From Gemmatimonadales bacterium (GTDB lineage Bacteria; Gemmatimonadota; Gemmatimonadetes; Gemmatimonadales; GWC2-71-9), in the NCBI GenBank assembly GCA_041577295.1, contig JBFGJG010000012.1:1-64000 (forward strand): DNA of 64,000 nt, written 5' to 3'. The position numbers were made by a program, and so were the translations under genes. Position 1 is the stretch's first letter, and every line of letters begins with the position of its first letter. Below the pieces are notes generated by a model. That model saw only the letters and a program-made list of their open reading frames with translations, had not been told where the DNA came from and ran no database searches. Positions 43,026 to 54,382 of this stretch are shown in pieces.

Positions 43026-44075
43026 ATGCAGCTTCACACGCTCATCTTCTTCGTGACAAGCCGGTGCAATGCGAAGTGCGCGACCTGCTTCTATTGGAAG
43101 GAGCTCAATCAGCGCGGCGATCTCTCGTTCGACGAGATAGACACGTTGAGCGCAACGATGCCGCGCTTTCGGGAGCTTTGGCTTTCGGGCGGCGAGCCCA
43201 TGATGCGTCCCCGACTCGGTGAGATCGTGCGCATGTTTTACGAGCGCAATGGCATTCGAACGCTGAACTTGCCAACCAACGGACTATTTCAGGATCGGCT
43301 CGTGGACTTGATGGAGTACGCCAGCGTCCAGATGCCCAAGATGGAGGTCAACGTCAACGTCGCCCTCGACGGCTTCGCAGCGACACATGACCGCATTCGA
43401 GGTGTGCCGGAAAATTTTGCCAAGGCCATCGACGCGCTGCGGGCCCTCTATCCGGTGCGGGCACACAATCGGAACATTCGGCTCCACGTCAACTCAGTGA
43501 TCACCGCCGACAATATCGACGAATTGGAAGCGCTGGGAAGGTGGTTGATTGAGCACACGGACCTGGACGGTCAGTATTTCCAGATCATCCGCGGCGATGC
43601 GAAGGACCCCGATCTCAAGGTAATCGACCCCGATCGGCTCTCCCTGTTCTACGAGGCCGTCAAACCGATTCACGCTCACTACGCGCGCAAACTTGGCACG
43701 CGACACGGGGGCCGCGTCAAGGGGCGGTTCAAGGAGTTCTACTACAACCAGACGTTGTATTTCTATTACTCGATCCAGCAGAAGAACTATGAACACTCCA
43801 CGCGCTGGCCGATGCCGTGCCGCGCGGGGCAAACCATTCTGGTCATAGACTACAATGGAGACGTCCGGGCGTGTGAGTTACGTGGTACCGTGTCCAATCT
43901 CCGGCAGGTCGGGTGCGACTTCGGAAAGCTGTTCCCTTCGGCAGAGATGACCCGGGAAACGGAGCAGATCGTCCGTGATCAGTGTTGGTGTACACACATC
44001 TGCTTTATCCACGACAGCGTGAAATCGAGTCGCAAGGTCAAGACGTACGACATTCCGCTCGGCGTCGGGCGGTGA
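43026..44075 (+). CDS. Radical SAM protein with C-terminal SPASM/twitch-like Cys region
   Basis: CNAKCATC (CxxxCxxC), SGGEP, PTNG; C-terminal CRAG..DVRAC..CWCTHIC. Confidence 0.88.
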   Translation: MQLHTLIFFVTSRCNAKCATCFYWKELNQRGDLSFDEIDTLSATMPRFRELWLSGGEPMMRPRLGEIVRMFYERNGIRTLNLPTNGLFQDRLVDLMEYASVQMPKMEVNVNVALDGFAATHDRIRGVPENFAKAIDALRALYPVRAHNRNIRLHVNSVITADNIDELEALGRWLIEHTDLDGQYFQIIRGDAKDPDLKVIDPDRLSLFYEAVKPIHAHYARKLGTRHGGRVKGRFKEFYYNQTLYFYYSIQQKNYEHSTRWPMPCRAGQTILVIDYNGDVRACELRGTVSNLRQVGCDFGKLFPSAEMTRETEQIVRDQCWCTHICFIHDSVKSSRKVKTYDIPLGVGR

Positions 44076-44248
44076 GCTGGTGCGCAGAATGGCAAGGAGG
44101 CGGACACGAGGGCAGCCCTTCCGGGAGCTGAAGTTCGCGCGCGGCGTTTAAACGCCCCAAGCCGGCCACCGCTCACTAACGCTCGCTCCGAGGCTGTCCG
44201 CGTCTCCATCCGGCTGTCCGGTTCCTGCCAGTCCCGCCGTCCTCGCCC

Positions 44249-45454
44249 ATGACAATCGCATTCATTATTCTAGTAACGCTGTCGCTGATCGAGGCGCTCG
44301 TCTCATTCCGCGACGGTCTTCGCTTCATGTGGCGGTTCCGTGCCGTGCCCACCGAGCCCCCCGATCCGTGGCCCGCCGTGTCCCTGATACTGCCTTGTCG
44401 CGGGGTCGACCCGGGTCTCGAGCAGAATCTCACGGCTTTCTTCGGCCTCGATTATCCCGACTTTGAAATCGTGTTGGTCACGGGGCACCGCTCCGATCCG
44501 GCGGTGGCTGTGATGGAGTCCGTGCAACGGCGGCACCCAGCGGTTCGCGCCACCATTCACTATGCGGGAACGGCCCGAAGTCGGGGGCAAAAGGTTCACA
44601 ACCTGCTGCACGCGTTACGCTACGTCCGGGAGAACACGACGATCCTGGCCTTCGGCGATTCGGACATCCGCCCGGATCGAGCTTGGTTGCGACATCTCGT
44701 TGCGCCCGTTGCGACGCGAGCGTGTGACGTCAGCACGGGATTCCGTTGGTACGTCCCGCAGTCGTGGCGGTTTTGGTCCGTATTGCGTTCGGTCTGGAAC
44801 GCGGGCATCGCGGGTCTGATGGGCTCGCCATCGGCCCCCTTTGCCTGGGGCGGGTCGATGGCGATCGGGCGCTCGACCTTCGAGGAAGCGCAGGTCGCAG
44901 CCTTTTGGGATGGCGCGCTGAGCGATGATTACGCCCTGACCAAGGCGATGCGCCAGGTTGGCAAGACCATCCGGTTCCAGCCAAGGTGTATCGGGTTCAC
45001 TCACGAGGATTGCGAGCGCGACGAGTTCTTGGCGTGGCGGTACCGGCAGCTCGCTATTACACGGGTCTACCATCCGCAGCTCTGGCAACTAGGATTGCTC
45101 TCGGAGGTTGTCAACAACCTCTCATTCTGGGGTGGGCTCACCGTAGTCACTTTTTCGCTGCTGCGGGGTCTCGTGACTGGATCAGCGGTGCTTCTCGCGA
45201 TCTTGCTGCTAGCGATATACCTCGTGCGATCTGCCAAGGCGTGGCTTCGCGTGAGGGCCGTCATGTCGCTTTACCCGGAGCACCGCTCGCGTCTCAAACG
45301 TTTTGGGTGGGCCTACGCCACGTGGGGGCCAGTGGCCTCCCTTGTGACGCTCACCGGACTGGTACGAACCCTGTTCTCACGGGAAATCGAGTGGCGAGGT
45401 ATCAGATACCGGATGCGGTCGCCCTTCGAAACAGAAGTGGTGGGGGGCGGATGA
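44249..45454 (+). CDS. Membrane glycosyltransferase, GT2/GT21 (ceramide glucosyltransferase/HpnI-like)
   Basis: N-terminal TM, VSLILPCRG, KVHNL, FGDSD (DxD), WGGSMAI, SDDY, C-terminal TMs, IEWRGIRY. Confidence 0.82.
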   Translation: MTIAFIILVTLSLIEALVSFRDGLRFMWRFRAVPTEPPDPWPAVSLILPCRGVDPGLEQNLTAFFGLDYPDFEIVLVTGHRSDPAVAVMESVQRRHPAVRATIHYAGTARSRGQKVHNLLHALRYVRENTTILAFGDSDIRPDRAWLRHLVAPVATRACDVSTGFRWYVPQSWRFWSVLRSVWNAGIAGLMGSPSAPFAWGGSMAIGRSTFEEAQVAAFWDGALSDDYALTKAMRQVGKTIRFQPRCIGFTHEDCERDEFLAWRYRQLAITRVYHPQLWQLGLLSEVVNNLSFWGGLTVVTFSLLRGLVTGSAVLLAILLLAIYLVRSAKAWLRVRAVMSLYPEHRSRLKRFGWAYATWGPVASLVTLTGLVRTLFSREIEWRGIRYRMRSPFETEVVGGG

Positions 45455-46581
45455 AGCACCTCTACGTTCATGTGCCGTTTTGCAGACGACGCTGCGTCTA
45501 TTGTGACTTCTCGATTGCCGTGCGCCGACAGATTCCGTCTGAGCGCTACATGACGGCGGTGGTCCGCGAGCTGGAACAGCGCTTGGCGCGTGGCGGGTGG
45601 GAGATCGAGAGTCTCGACACGATCTACCTGGGCGGCGGGACTCCGTCGTTGCTGTCGCCAGACACCCTGGGTCGCTTACTCGCCGAGGTCGGCCGCCGAG
45701 TCTCCGTTTCCCCCAATGCGGAGGTGACCCTCGAAGCCAACCCGGACGATGTGAGCGCGGCCGCGGTGGAGGCCTGGGCCGCCGCCGGTATCAACCGTGT
45801 TTCCCTTGGTGTCCAATCGTTCGATGATGCCGTGTTGCGCTGGATGCATCGCACGCACGATGCCGCGGCGATCGATCGCGCCGTGCGAACGTTTCGTACG
45901 GCTGGCGGTTTTGCCATCTCGTTGGATTTGATTTTCGGACTGCCGGATGACTTACCGGACACCTTTGCCAAAGATCTGGAGCGAGCCCTGGAGCTGGCCC
46001 CGGAGCATGTGTCGGTGTACGGTCTGACGGTGGAGCCGCGCACGCCGTTTGGACGATGGGTGGCGCGCGAAGAGAGCGCCCCCGCTCCGGAAGCCCGGTT
46101 CGAACGCGAGTTTCTCCTGGCGCACACGATGCTCACGGGCGCCGGATTCGAGCACTATGAGGTGTCCAGCTACGCTCGCCCAGGACAACGATCACTCCAT
46201 AACTCGTGCTATTGGTCGCGTCGTTCCTACGCGGGTCTGGGGCCGGCAGCACATTCGTTCCTGCCACCCACCAGGCGCTGGAACATGGCGCACTGGGCAG
46301 CGTACGAGTGCACGATCGAAGGTGGGGGTGACCCGCGGGAAGGCAGTGAGTACATCGACCGAACGCGCGATCGTTTGGAACGTCTGTACCTTGGTCTCCG
46401 AACGGTGGAAGGTGTGCCCCTCGAGGACGTTGATCGCGAGATGCACGCCGAGGTCCTGGAGGCCGGGGACTTGCAGGGTTGGTTGGCGATGGATGCGGGA
46501 CGCCTGCGGCTGACTCCGGCCGGTTGGTTGCGGCTGGATCAGCTCGCGGGAGTCTTGACCACCCTGGCTAATGGTGGCTAA
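45451..46581 (+). CDS. hemW: Radical SAM heme chaperone HemW (HemN-like)
   Basis: MKHLYVHVPFCRRRCVYCDF, YLGGGTPS, TLEANP, HYEVSSYA, HNSCYW; ATGA overlap. Confidence 0.93.
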   Translation: MKHLYVHVPFCRRRCVYCDFSIAVRRQIPSERYMTAVVRELEQRLARGGWEIESLDTIYLGGGTPSLLSPDTLGRLLAEVGRRVSVSPNAEVTLEANPDDVSAAAVEAWAAAGINRVSLGVQSFDDAVLRWMHRTHDAAAIDRAVRTFRTAGGFAISLDLIFGLPDDLPDTFAKDLERALELAPEHVSVYGLTVEPRTPFGRWVAREESAPAPEARFEREFLLAHTMLTGAGFEHYEVSSYARPGQRSLHNSCYWSRRSYAGLGPAAHSFLPPTRRWNMAHWAAYECTIEGGGDPREGSEYIDRTRDRLERLYLGLRTVEGVPLEDVDREMHAEVLEAGDLQGWLAMDAGRLRLTPAGWLRLDQLAGVLTTLANGG

Positions 46582-46584
46582 ATT
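46555..46584 (+). promoter_or_regulatory. hrcA promoter (TTGACC-N18-TAAATT) overlapped by a CIRCE-like 9-N9-9 inverted repeat
   Basis: TTGACCACC-CTGGCTAAT-GGTGGCTAA versus CIRCE TTAGCACTC-N9-GAGTGCTAA; lies directly upstream of hrcA. Confidence 0.6.
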
Positions 46585-46607
46585 GCTGTCACAGAGGAAC
46601 TTGAAGG

Positions 46608-47642
46608 ATGAGCAAAGAAGAACTTTCCGATCGCGAGCGACGCGTCCTTGAGGCGGTGATCCACTCGTATGTGGAGACCGCTGAGCCGGCCGGCTCGCGG
46701 ACCATCGCTAAGAAGTTCGACCTCGGGGTGTCTGCGGCGACGATCCGCAATACGATGAGCGACCTCGAGGATCGGGGCTATCTGTATCATCCGCACGCAT
46801 CTGCGGGTCGCATTCCGACGGATCGCGCCTACCGGGTGTATGTCGACCGACTGATGGCGACCTCAAGGCCTACGGTGAGTGAGCAAGATGCGCTTCGCCG
46901 GGAGTTGGTTGGCAATCGGACCGCGATCGAAGAACTGCTGCAAAAAGCTGCGCAGATGCTTGGCGTGCTTACGCAGGAGCTCGGCCTTGCCATCGCACCG
47001 TCGTTTGACCGCACGGTTCTCGAGCGATTGGAGTTGGTGCGCGTGGCAGAAGATCGGTTGCTCATGGTGCTGGTGCTGCGTGGCGGAGCGGCGCGCACAA
47101 TCTTCGTGGAAGTGGCGAGCATGCTCCCGCCTGAGGCTGTGGCCGGGGTCTCACTAGTCTTGAACGAGCGTCTCAGCGGCCTGTCACTCCGCGAGATCCG
47201 TACTACCTTGCGCGAGCGGCTTCGAGACGCCGCCACCGGGCAGGAAAAGGAGCTCCTCAACATTTTCATTGAAGAAGCAGATCACCTCTTCGAGATGCCC
47301 ACCGCCGACGGGAGTGATGTGGTGCTCGGGAGTGCCAAGATGCTGGCCGACCAGCCAGAGTTCGCCTCGAACGAACAGATGCGAACACTGCTCGATCTCA
47401 CCGAGAGACGGGATCTCTTGCGAGAGTCACTGCGGTCGCGGCACGAGCCCGGCATAAGCGTCAGCATCGGTGCGGAGAATCTCGATCCCAAGCTGAGCAG
47501 CTTTACGCTCGTATCGTCCAAGTACCGCTGTGGTGCGCTCACCGGCGTCATCGGGGTCATGGGGCCCACTCGCATGCCCTATCAGAAGGTGATGACGCTG
47601 GTCGGGCACACGAGTCGTCTCATGACCGATTTATTACGGTAG
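46608..47642 (+). CDS. hrcA: Heat-inducible transcription repressor HrcA
   Basis: EPAGSRTI, SAATIRNTMSDLE, PHASAGRIPT, GVIGVMGPTRMPY. Confidence 0.96.
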   Translation: MSKEELSDRERRVLEAVIHSYVETAEPAGSRTIAKKFDLGVSAATIRNTMSDLEDRGYLYHPHASAGRIPTDRAYRVYVDRLMATSRPTVSEQDALRRELVGNRTAIEELLQKAAQMLGVLTQELGLAIAPSFDRTVLERLELVRVAEDRLLMVLVLRGGAARTIFVEVASMLPPEAVAGVSLVLNERLSGLSLREIRTTLRERLRDAATGQEKELLNIFIEEADHLFEMPTADGSDVVLGSAKMLADQPEFASNEQMRTLLDLTERRDLLRESLRSRHEPGISVSIGAENLDPKLSSFTLVSSKYRCGALTGVIGVMGPTRMPYQKVMTLVGHTSRLMTDLLR

Positions 47643-49153
<1,511 letters not shown>

Positions 49154-49177
49154 CGCCGCCCTGAGCCCGTGTCAGGC

Positions 49178-49206
49178 TTGATGGCGGTCTACGCTTTCGC
49201 TATGCT
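49178..49206 (+). promoter_or_regulatory. Probable sigma70 promoter for rpsU
   Basis: TTGATG-N17-TATGCT. Confidence 0.5.
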
Positions 49207-49255
49207 TCGAAGCCCGGATCGGGAAGTGACTGAAGGCTCGCTAGTTCAGAAGGTT

Positions 49256-49453
49256 ATGTCCGAGGTGATCATCCACAACGACGAGAGCTTCGAGCGCGCA
49301 CTCAGGCGCTTCAAGAAGAAGTGTGAAAAGGCCGGGATCCTCTCCGATCTGCGCAGGCATCGGCACTACGAAAAACCGAGTGAGCGTCGCAAGCGCAAAG
49401 TAAACGCCGCGCGGCGAAAACAGCGGCGATTCCAGCACTATCGACCGCGCTAA
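49256..49453 (+). CDS. rpsU: 30S ribosomal protein S21
   Basis: [39 protein letters not shown]. Confidence 0.95.
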   Translation: MSEVIIHNDESFERALRRFKKKCEKAGILSDLRRHRHYEKPSERRKRKVNAARRKQRRFQHYRPR

Positions 49454-49627
49454 TTCGTTCCGCAGTGATTCACGGCAGCAGCGTTCTCCCTCGCCTTCCC
49501 AGTTGTTCGGACGCGTCACGGTGATCCGTCCCCGTGTAACTCGGGCCCGCGATCACTCACGGAACGTCCATCGGGGCCAGCATGCCAAGCGATCGCAGGT
49601 GACAACAGCGCAAAATGACTCGAAGGG

Positions 49628-51901
49628 GTGCCGGTGACGGGCGTCGTGAGCGCCCCTTCCGCTATCTCCGACTTGGCGGACGCTCTCCTCGAACTCGAAT
49701 TCGACAAAGCACTCGAACTGGTGGCTCGACGCGCGGTCGGTCCGCTGGGAGCGGACGCCATCCGCAAGCGGCGGCCCGGGACCGAAAAGGCCGCTATCCA
49801 GGCCGAGTTGGAGATGGTGGCGGAACTCGCGGGTGCTCTGTCCAGCGGCGACGGCTTCGAACCGGTTTCCGTGCCTGACATAGCGGCGAGCGTTCGCACC
49901 CTCCGAGCAACGGGTGGCGTACTCGAAGGCTCGGCACTGGCTGAGCTCCTCCGTTCCTTTCAGGCAATGCGCGTGGTACACGACGGACTTCGCCGTGTGC
50001 GCGATGCCGCACCACGTGCTGCCTCGTTGGTCGTCGAGCTCCCACCAAAAGACCTGACCGATCAATTCGCACGCGCGCTGGAGCCGGATGGCACCGTCAA
50101 GGACGATGCTTCACCGGAGCTGCGACGTGCTCGGCGCGATGTGCGCGAACTACGCACGCGGCTGGTTGGCGTACTTCGGAAGATCGCCCGCGATGCAGAT
50201 ACCGGAGATGCCGATGTCACGGTGCGGGGTGGGCGTTACGTGATTCCGGTGCGCCGCGACGATCGCACCCGAATCCAAGGGCTTGTGCACGACGAGTCGA
50301 GTTCCGGTGCCACGCTGTTCGTGGAGCCCGTCGCGGCTGTGGAACTTGGCAACGAGCTGCGCTCGGCGGAGGCTGCGGAGGCTCGCGCGATGCACGCCGT
50401 CTTGCTGGCACTCACCGAGGGGGCGCGAGACGCGGTCGACTCCATAGAGCTGGGCTGGACCATGTGCATCCAGGCGGATGATCTCTACGCACGGGCGCGC
50501 TACATGATCGACTGTCGGTCCAGCATGCCCACCCTCGTCGATGCACCCGCCGTTCCATCTCTTCGTCGCGCCTACCACCCGTTGATTCTCGACGAGTCGG
50601 CGACTCCGGTCCCGTTCGATCTCATCCTGGCCGCGTCCCACCGCACTTTGCTCGTGAGCGGCCCCAATGCCGGCGGGAAGACCGTGCTGCTCAAGGCCAT
50701 CGCGCTCATCAGCGGTATGGCGCAGGCTGGGATCGTGCCACCGATCGGTCCCGAAAGCGTGTTACCCGTGTTCCGGCGGTTCTTTGCCGATATCGGCGAT
50801 CACCAATCCATCGAGGACAACCTGTCTACGTTCAGTGCCCGAGTGGCGTCGCTGCGACACATCCTAGTGGAAGCGGATGAGCGTTCACTCGTGCTGTTGG
50901 ATGAGATTGGCGCGGGCACGGATCCCTTCGAAGGGGCGGCGCTTGCCGGCGCCGTGCTGCTGAGCCTCACGAGCCGTGGCGCGCTCACGATCGCGACCAC
51001 GCACCTGAGCCAGCTGAAAGACCTCGCGGCGGCGAATCCGGGTTTTCTCAATGGATCGCTCGAGTTCGATGCCGACACATTGGCGCCAACGTACCGGCTC
51101 CAGCTCGGTCAGCCCGGTCGATCCTACGGCCTCGCGATTGCGCGACGCCTCGGGTTGCCGGGTGACGTGTTGGCGAAGGCGGACGAACTCATTCCGGAGA
51201 GCGCCAAATCCCTCGAGGCCGCCCTTGCGGATGTGGAGACTGCCGCGGCCGATCTGCGCGAGCGCACCGCCCAGCTCGAACGCGACGAGGCCCGGGTGGC
51301 TGCAGCGCAGGCGCAGGTGGCCACGCAAGAATCCGACGTCGCGCAACGGCTCGATGAGGTGCGGCGCCGCGAGCGAGAGCTCGAGCGTGAGGGCCGTGAA
51401 CAGGCGCGCCAGTTCCTGCTCGAGGCCCGCAAACGAGTTGAGGAGGCGTTGAGCGTGGCTCGCGCCGCCGTCGATGAGGCGACAGCGAAGGAAGCACGCC
51501 GTCTGGTCGAGCAGGGCGTCGCCGCGGAGGCAGACGCGCTCAAGACACTTGCGGATAAAGGGTGGACAGTGAAGGGGCAACCGGGGCAAAGTGTGGAAGA
51601 ACCGGAGCCCACCGGGCGGACACCCGTGAAAAGCCGCACAGTCGCGGCCGAAACCGCCACGTCCGAGATCGACCTCCGCGGGATGACGGCCGCCGAGGCG
51701 GAGGCTCTCATCCCCACGGCCATCGACCAAGCCGTGATGGCGGACCTGCCCTGGCTGCGTATCATCCACGGAAAGGGTGGCGGCGTCCTTCGAAAAACAG
51801 TGGCCGAGGTCTTACGGCGGGACCGCCGGGTGGTGCGTTTTCGTCTTGCACTGCCGCACCAAGGTGGGGCGGGCGTCACCATCGCCGAGTTCACGGGTTG
51901 A
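49628..51901 (+). CDS. mutS2: Endonuclease/ATPase MutS2
   Basis: LEFDK, GLVHDESSSGATLFVEP, GPNAGGKT, DIGDHQSI, LSTFS, LLDEIGAGTDP, C-terminal Smr (IDLRG..IIHGKG); start uncertain. Confidence 0.93.
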   Translation: MPVTGVVSAPSAISDLADALLELEFDKALELVARRAVGPLGADAIRKRRPGTEKAAIQAELEMVAELAGALSSGDGFEPVSVPDIAASVRTLRATGGVLEGSALAELLRSFQAMRVVHDGLRRVRDAAPRAASLVVELPPKDLTDQFARALEPDGTVKDDASPELRRARRDVRELRTRLVGVLRKIARDADTGDADVTVRGGRYVIPVRRDDRTRIQGLVHDESSSGATLFVEPVAAVELGNELRSAEAAEARAMHAVLLALTEGARDAVDSIELGWTMCIQADDLYARARYMIDCRSSMPTLVDAPAVPSLRRAYHPLILDESATPVPFDLILAASHRTLLVSGPNAGGKTVLLKAIALISGMAQAGIVPPIGPESVLPVFRRFFADIGDHQSIEDNLSTFSARVASLRHILVEADERSLVLLDEIGAGTDPFEGAALAGAVLLSLTSRGALTIATTHLSQLKDLAAANPGFLNGSLEFDADTLAPTYRLQLGQPGRSYGLAIARRLGLPGDVLAKADELIPESAKSLEAALADVETAAADLRERTAQLERDEARVAAAQAQVATQESDVAQRLDEVRRRERELEREGREQARQFLLEARKRVEEALSVARAAVDEATAKEARRLVEQGVAAEADALKTLADKGWTVKGQPGQSVEEPEPTGRTPVKSRTVAAETATSEIDLRGMTAAEAEALIPTAIDQAVMADLPWLRIIHGKGGGVLRKTVAEVLRRDRRVVRFRLALPHQGGAGVTIAEFTG

Positions 51902-53685
51902 CGATCCCCGACGAAGTCATCGAGCGAGTGCGCGACGCGGCCGACATCGTGGCGGTAGTTGGAGAGCACGTCCAGCTGAAGCGAACCGGTTCGGACTACC
52001 GCGGTCCGTGTCCCTTCCACGGAGGCACCCATCGGAACTTCGCGGTCATCCCCAAGAAGCAGATGTTCTACTGCTTCGTGTGTCATGAAGGTGGTGATGT
52101 ATTCACCTTCTTGATGAAAAAGTTGGGATTGGAGTATCCAACGGCGGTCCGGGACGTCGCACGGCGGTGCGGTATTGCAATCCCCGAACGCCCCTCCGGG
52201 GGCCCGGATCCGCGAGAGCCGTTGTTCACGGCCGCCGCCGCGGCGGCCGAATGGTACGCACGCCAGCTCATCGAGTCTGACGACGCCCGCAACGCCAGGA
52301 GTTACCTGGACCGGCGCGGCTTTGATATGGAGAAAGCGGCCCTGCTGGGGTTGGGGTTTGCGCCGGGCGGCAAAGCGTTTTTGGGTGCGATGGAGACGCT
52401 CGGGATCTCCACCGACACGCTCACCGAAGCGGGCCTGGCATTGCAACGGGAGGGGAGGCCGCTCCGGCCGCGCTTCTGGAACCGCCTTGTCTTTCCGATT
52501 CACGATTTGCGAGGACGTGTCGTGGGGTTTGGTGGAAGGGTGCTCGGCGACGGCGAGCCCAAGTATCTGAACTCTCCCGAGACTCCGATCTATCACAAAG
52601 GAGAACTCCTCTACAACCTGCACCAGGCAAAGCACGCCATTCGCAAAGCGGAGCGCGCGGTGGTGGTCGAGGGGTACTTCGATGTGCTGCGCCTGGTAGA
52701 TGTCGGAATCGAGGAGGTCGTCGCCCCCTTGGGTACCGCGTTGACGCGCGGACAAGCGCGGCTGCTCAAGCGCTACACCAAGACAGTTACGTTGCTGTAC
52801 GACAGCGATCTTCCCGGCCTGCGCGCGACGTTCCGCGCCGCCGACGAGCTGCTGCGAGAGCGCGTCCGGGTGCTCGTGGCGACGCTCCCCCAGGGGGAGG
52901 ACCCAGACACCATCGCTGGCTCCGCTGGGGCGGCAGCTGTGGAGGCGTTGCTCCGCGACGGGATCGATGTGCTCGAGCGAAAGATCCAGTTGCTCGAACA
53001 ACGAGGCTGGCTCGGTTCCCTCGCCGGTCGGCGCCGGGCGCTCGATCGGTTGCTGTCGACGCTGCGATCCGCGACTGACCCCGTCACTCAGGATCTCTAC
53101 GTCAACCGAACAGCAGAAGCGCTTGGGGTGGCTCGCGAGTCCGTGCTGCGGGAATTACAGACTGGGCAGTGGTCGGCGCCGGCCGAGCCCCGGCCGCCGC
53201 GCCGGTTGGAGGAACCCGCTCCGTTACCCCCTCGGCGGTCGCGCGGTCCCGAGTGGCAACTGTTGCGTGTGATGGTTCATGAGCCGTCCTGGCGTCCGCG
53301 CATTGCCCAGCACCTGCCGAGCCGCTTGCCACCCGACGGTGCCGCGCGCCGACTGCTCGAGATGTTGGCCGCCACCGACCCAGGTGTACCGGCTAGCGAG
53401 TTGGTGCCCGATACCGTTGGAGAGGTGCGCGGATTACTCGTCGAGCTTCTGGGCGAGGAATGGAGCGTGCCCAACCTCGATGCGGAAGTGGAGGGCGCAC
53501 TCAACCGATTGGAGGCCAGGAGTCTCGATGACCGCCTTACCAAACTAGACCGTCAAATGTCTCTCGCTTCGGAGGATGAAAAGACAGATCTCTTACGTGA
53601 AAAGGAAATGCTCGTACGGATGAGGCAAAAAATCGATCACTCGGATTGGAAAGTGATACACGCTGGGAGGAGTCGTGCACGCTGA
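51898..53685 (+). CDS. dnaG: DNA primase
   Basis: CPFH..CFVC zinc finger, FGGR, KYLNSPET, VEGYFDV, DSD, DPD; TTG start overlapping the mutS2 stop. Confidence 0.95.
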   Translation: MTIPDEVIERVRDAADIVAVVGEHVQLKRTGSDYRGPCPFHGGTHRNFAVIPKKQMFYCFVCHEGGDVFTFLMKKLGLEYPTAVRDVARRCGIAIPERPSGGPDPREPLFTAAAAAAEWYARQLIESDDARNARSYLDRRGFDMEKAALLGLGFAPGGKAFLGAMETLGISTDTLTEAGLALQREGRPLRPRFWNRLVFPIHDLRGRVVGFGGRVLGDGEPKYLNSPETPIYHKGELLYNLHQAKHAIRKAERAVVVEGYFDVLRLVDVGIEEVVAPLGTALTRGQARLLKRYTKTVTLLYDSDLPGLRATFRAADELLRERVRVLVATLPQGEDPDTIAGSAGAAAVEALLRDGIDVLERKIQLLEQRGWLGSLAGRRRALDRLLSTLRSATDPVTQDLYVNRTAEALGVARESVLRELQTGQWSAPAEPRPPRRLEEPAPLPPRRSRGPEWQLLRVMVHEPSWRPRIAQHLPSRLPPDGAARRLLEMLAATDPGVPASELVPDTVGEVRGLLVELLGEEWSVPNLDAEVEGALNRLEARSLDDRLTKLDRQMSLASEDEKTDLLREKEMLVRMRQKIDHSDWKVIHAGRSRAR

Positions 53686-54382
53686 TTTAGAGGTATTACT
53701 CGAGTTGCAGGAGAAAGACAAAGCCGTCATGCAGATTGAGGATGATATTCGATCTGTCGAACCGGTGATTCAGGAGCTGGATGCGGAGTGCGCTAAGGTC
53801 GAAGCTCAAGTTGCAGCCGCGCGCAAGCGGGTCGAAGAGGCGGACGTGCGGCGTGGCGAGCTCGAGAGTAAGATCGAAAGCTATCGCGTGATGCAGGAAC
53901 GGCGTCGGCAACGCCTTGAGTGGGTGCGAGGTGCCAAAGAGGCGTCGGCCATCATGGCGGAGCTCGATCTCGCGCGGGGCGTGTTGGCCAAGGAGGAAGC
54001 CGAATGGCTGCGGTCTGCCGACAAGGTCCAGGAGGCAGAGCGAATCACCGCCGAGGCGGAGCAGGCGCTGGAACAGTTAAAGGTGGCGCAAGCGCCCAAA
54101 CGGGAGGAGTTGGCCGCCAAGCGAGCGGAGTGCGAGGATCGGTTGACGGCCGCGAGGCGAGATCGCACGGAAACCGCCAAACAAGTCAAGGAAAATCTCC
54201 GCGAGATGTATGAGCGGATCCGCCAGGGACGAGCGCCGCTCGTGCTCTACCCGCTTCAGGGCGGGGCGTGCGGCTATTGTTACACCGCTGTCCCGCTCAA
54301 TCGACGGCAAAAGATCCTCAACGGGCAAGCCGTGGAAGCCTGTGAGGCGTGTGGTGTGTTGATCTACGATTCCAGTGAATGA
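53675..54382 (+). CDS. Coiled-coil protein with C4-type zinc ribbon (DUF164/HP0958-like)
   Basis: Long coiled coil, then CGYC...CEACG. Confidence 0.85.
   Translation: MHADLEVLLELQEKDKAVMQIEDDIRSVEPVIQELDAECAKVEAQVAAARKRVEEADVRRGELESKIESYRVMQERRRQRLEWVRGAKEASAIMAELDLARGVLAKEEAEWLRSADKVQEAERITAEAEQALEQLKVAQAPKREELAAKRAECEDRLTAARRDRTETAKQVKENLREMYERIRQGRAPLVLYPLQGGACGYCYTAVPLNRRQKILNGQAVEACEACGVLIYDSSE

Noticed and set aside
43026..44075. Radical SAM gene considered as a RiPP maturase feeding the exporters
   Set aside because: No precursor peptide, RRE/PqqD domain or peptidase nearby, and separated from the export locus by housekeeping genes
44986..45450. Long N-terminal extensions in the ORF track for hemW (also dnaG 51562, rsmD 55989, HIT 48677, asparaginase 39684, TolC 32011)
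   Set aside because: Extensions overlap upstream genes or regulatory DNA; family homology starts at the downstream start codons used here
51124..53001. 625-aa minus-strand ORF
   Set aside because: Antisense to mutS2 and dnaG; expected in high-GC DNA; no motifs
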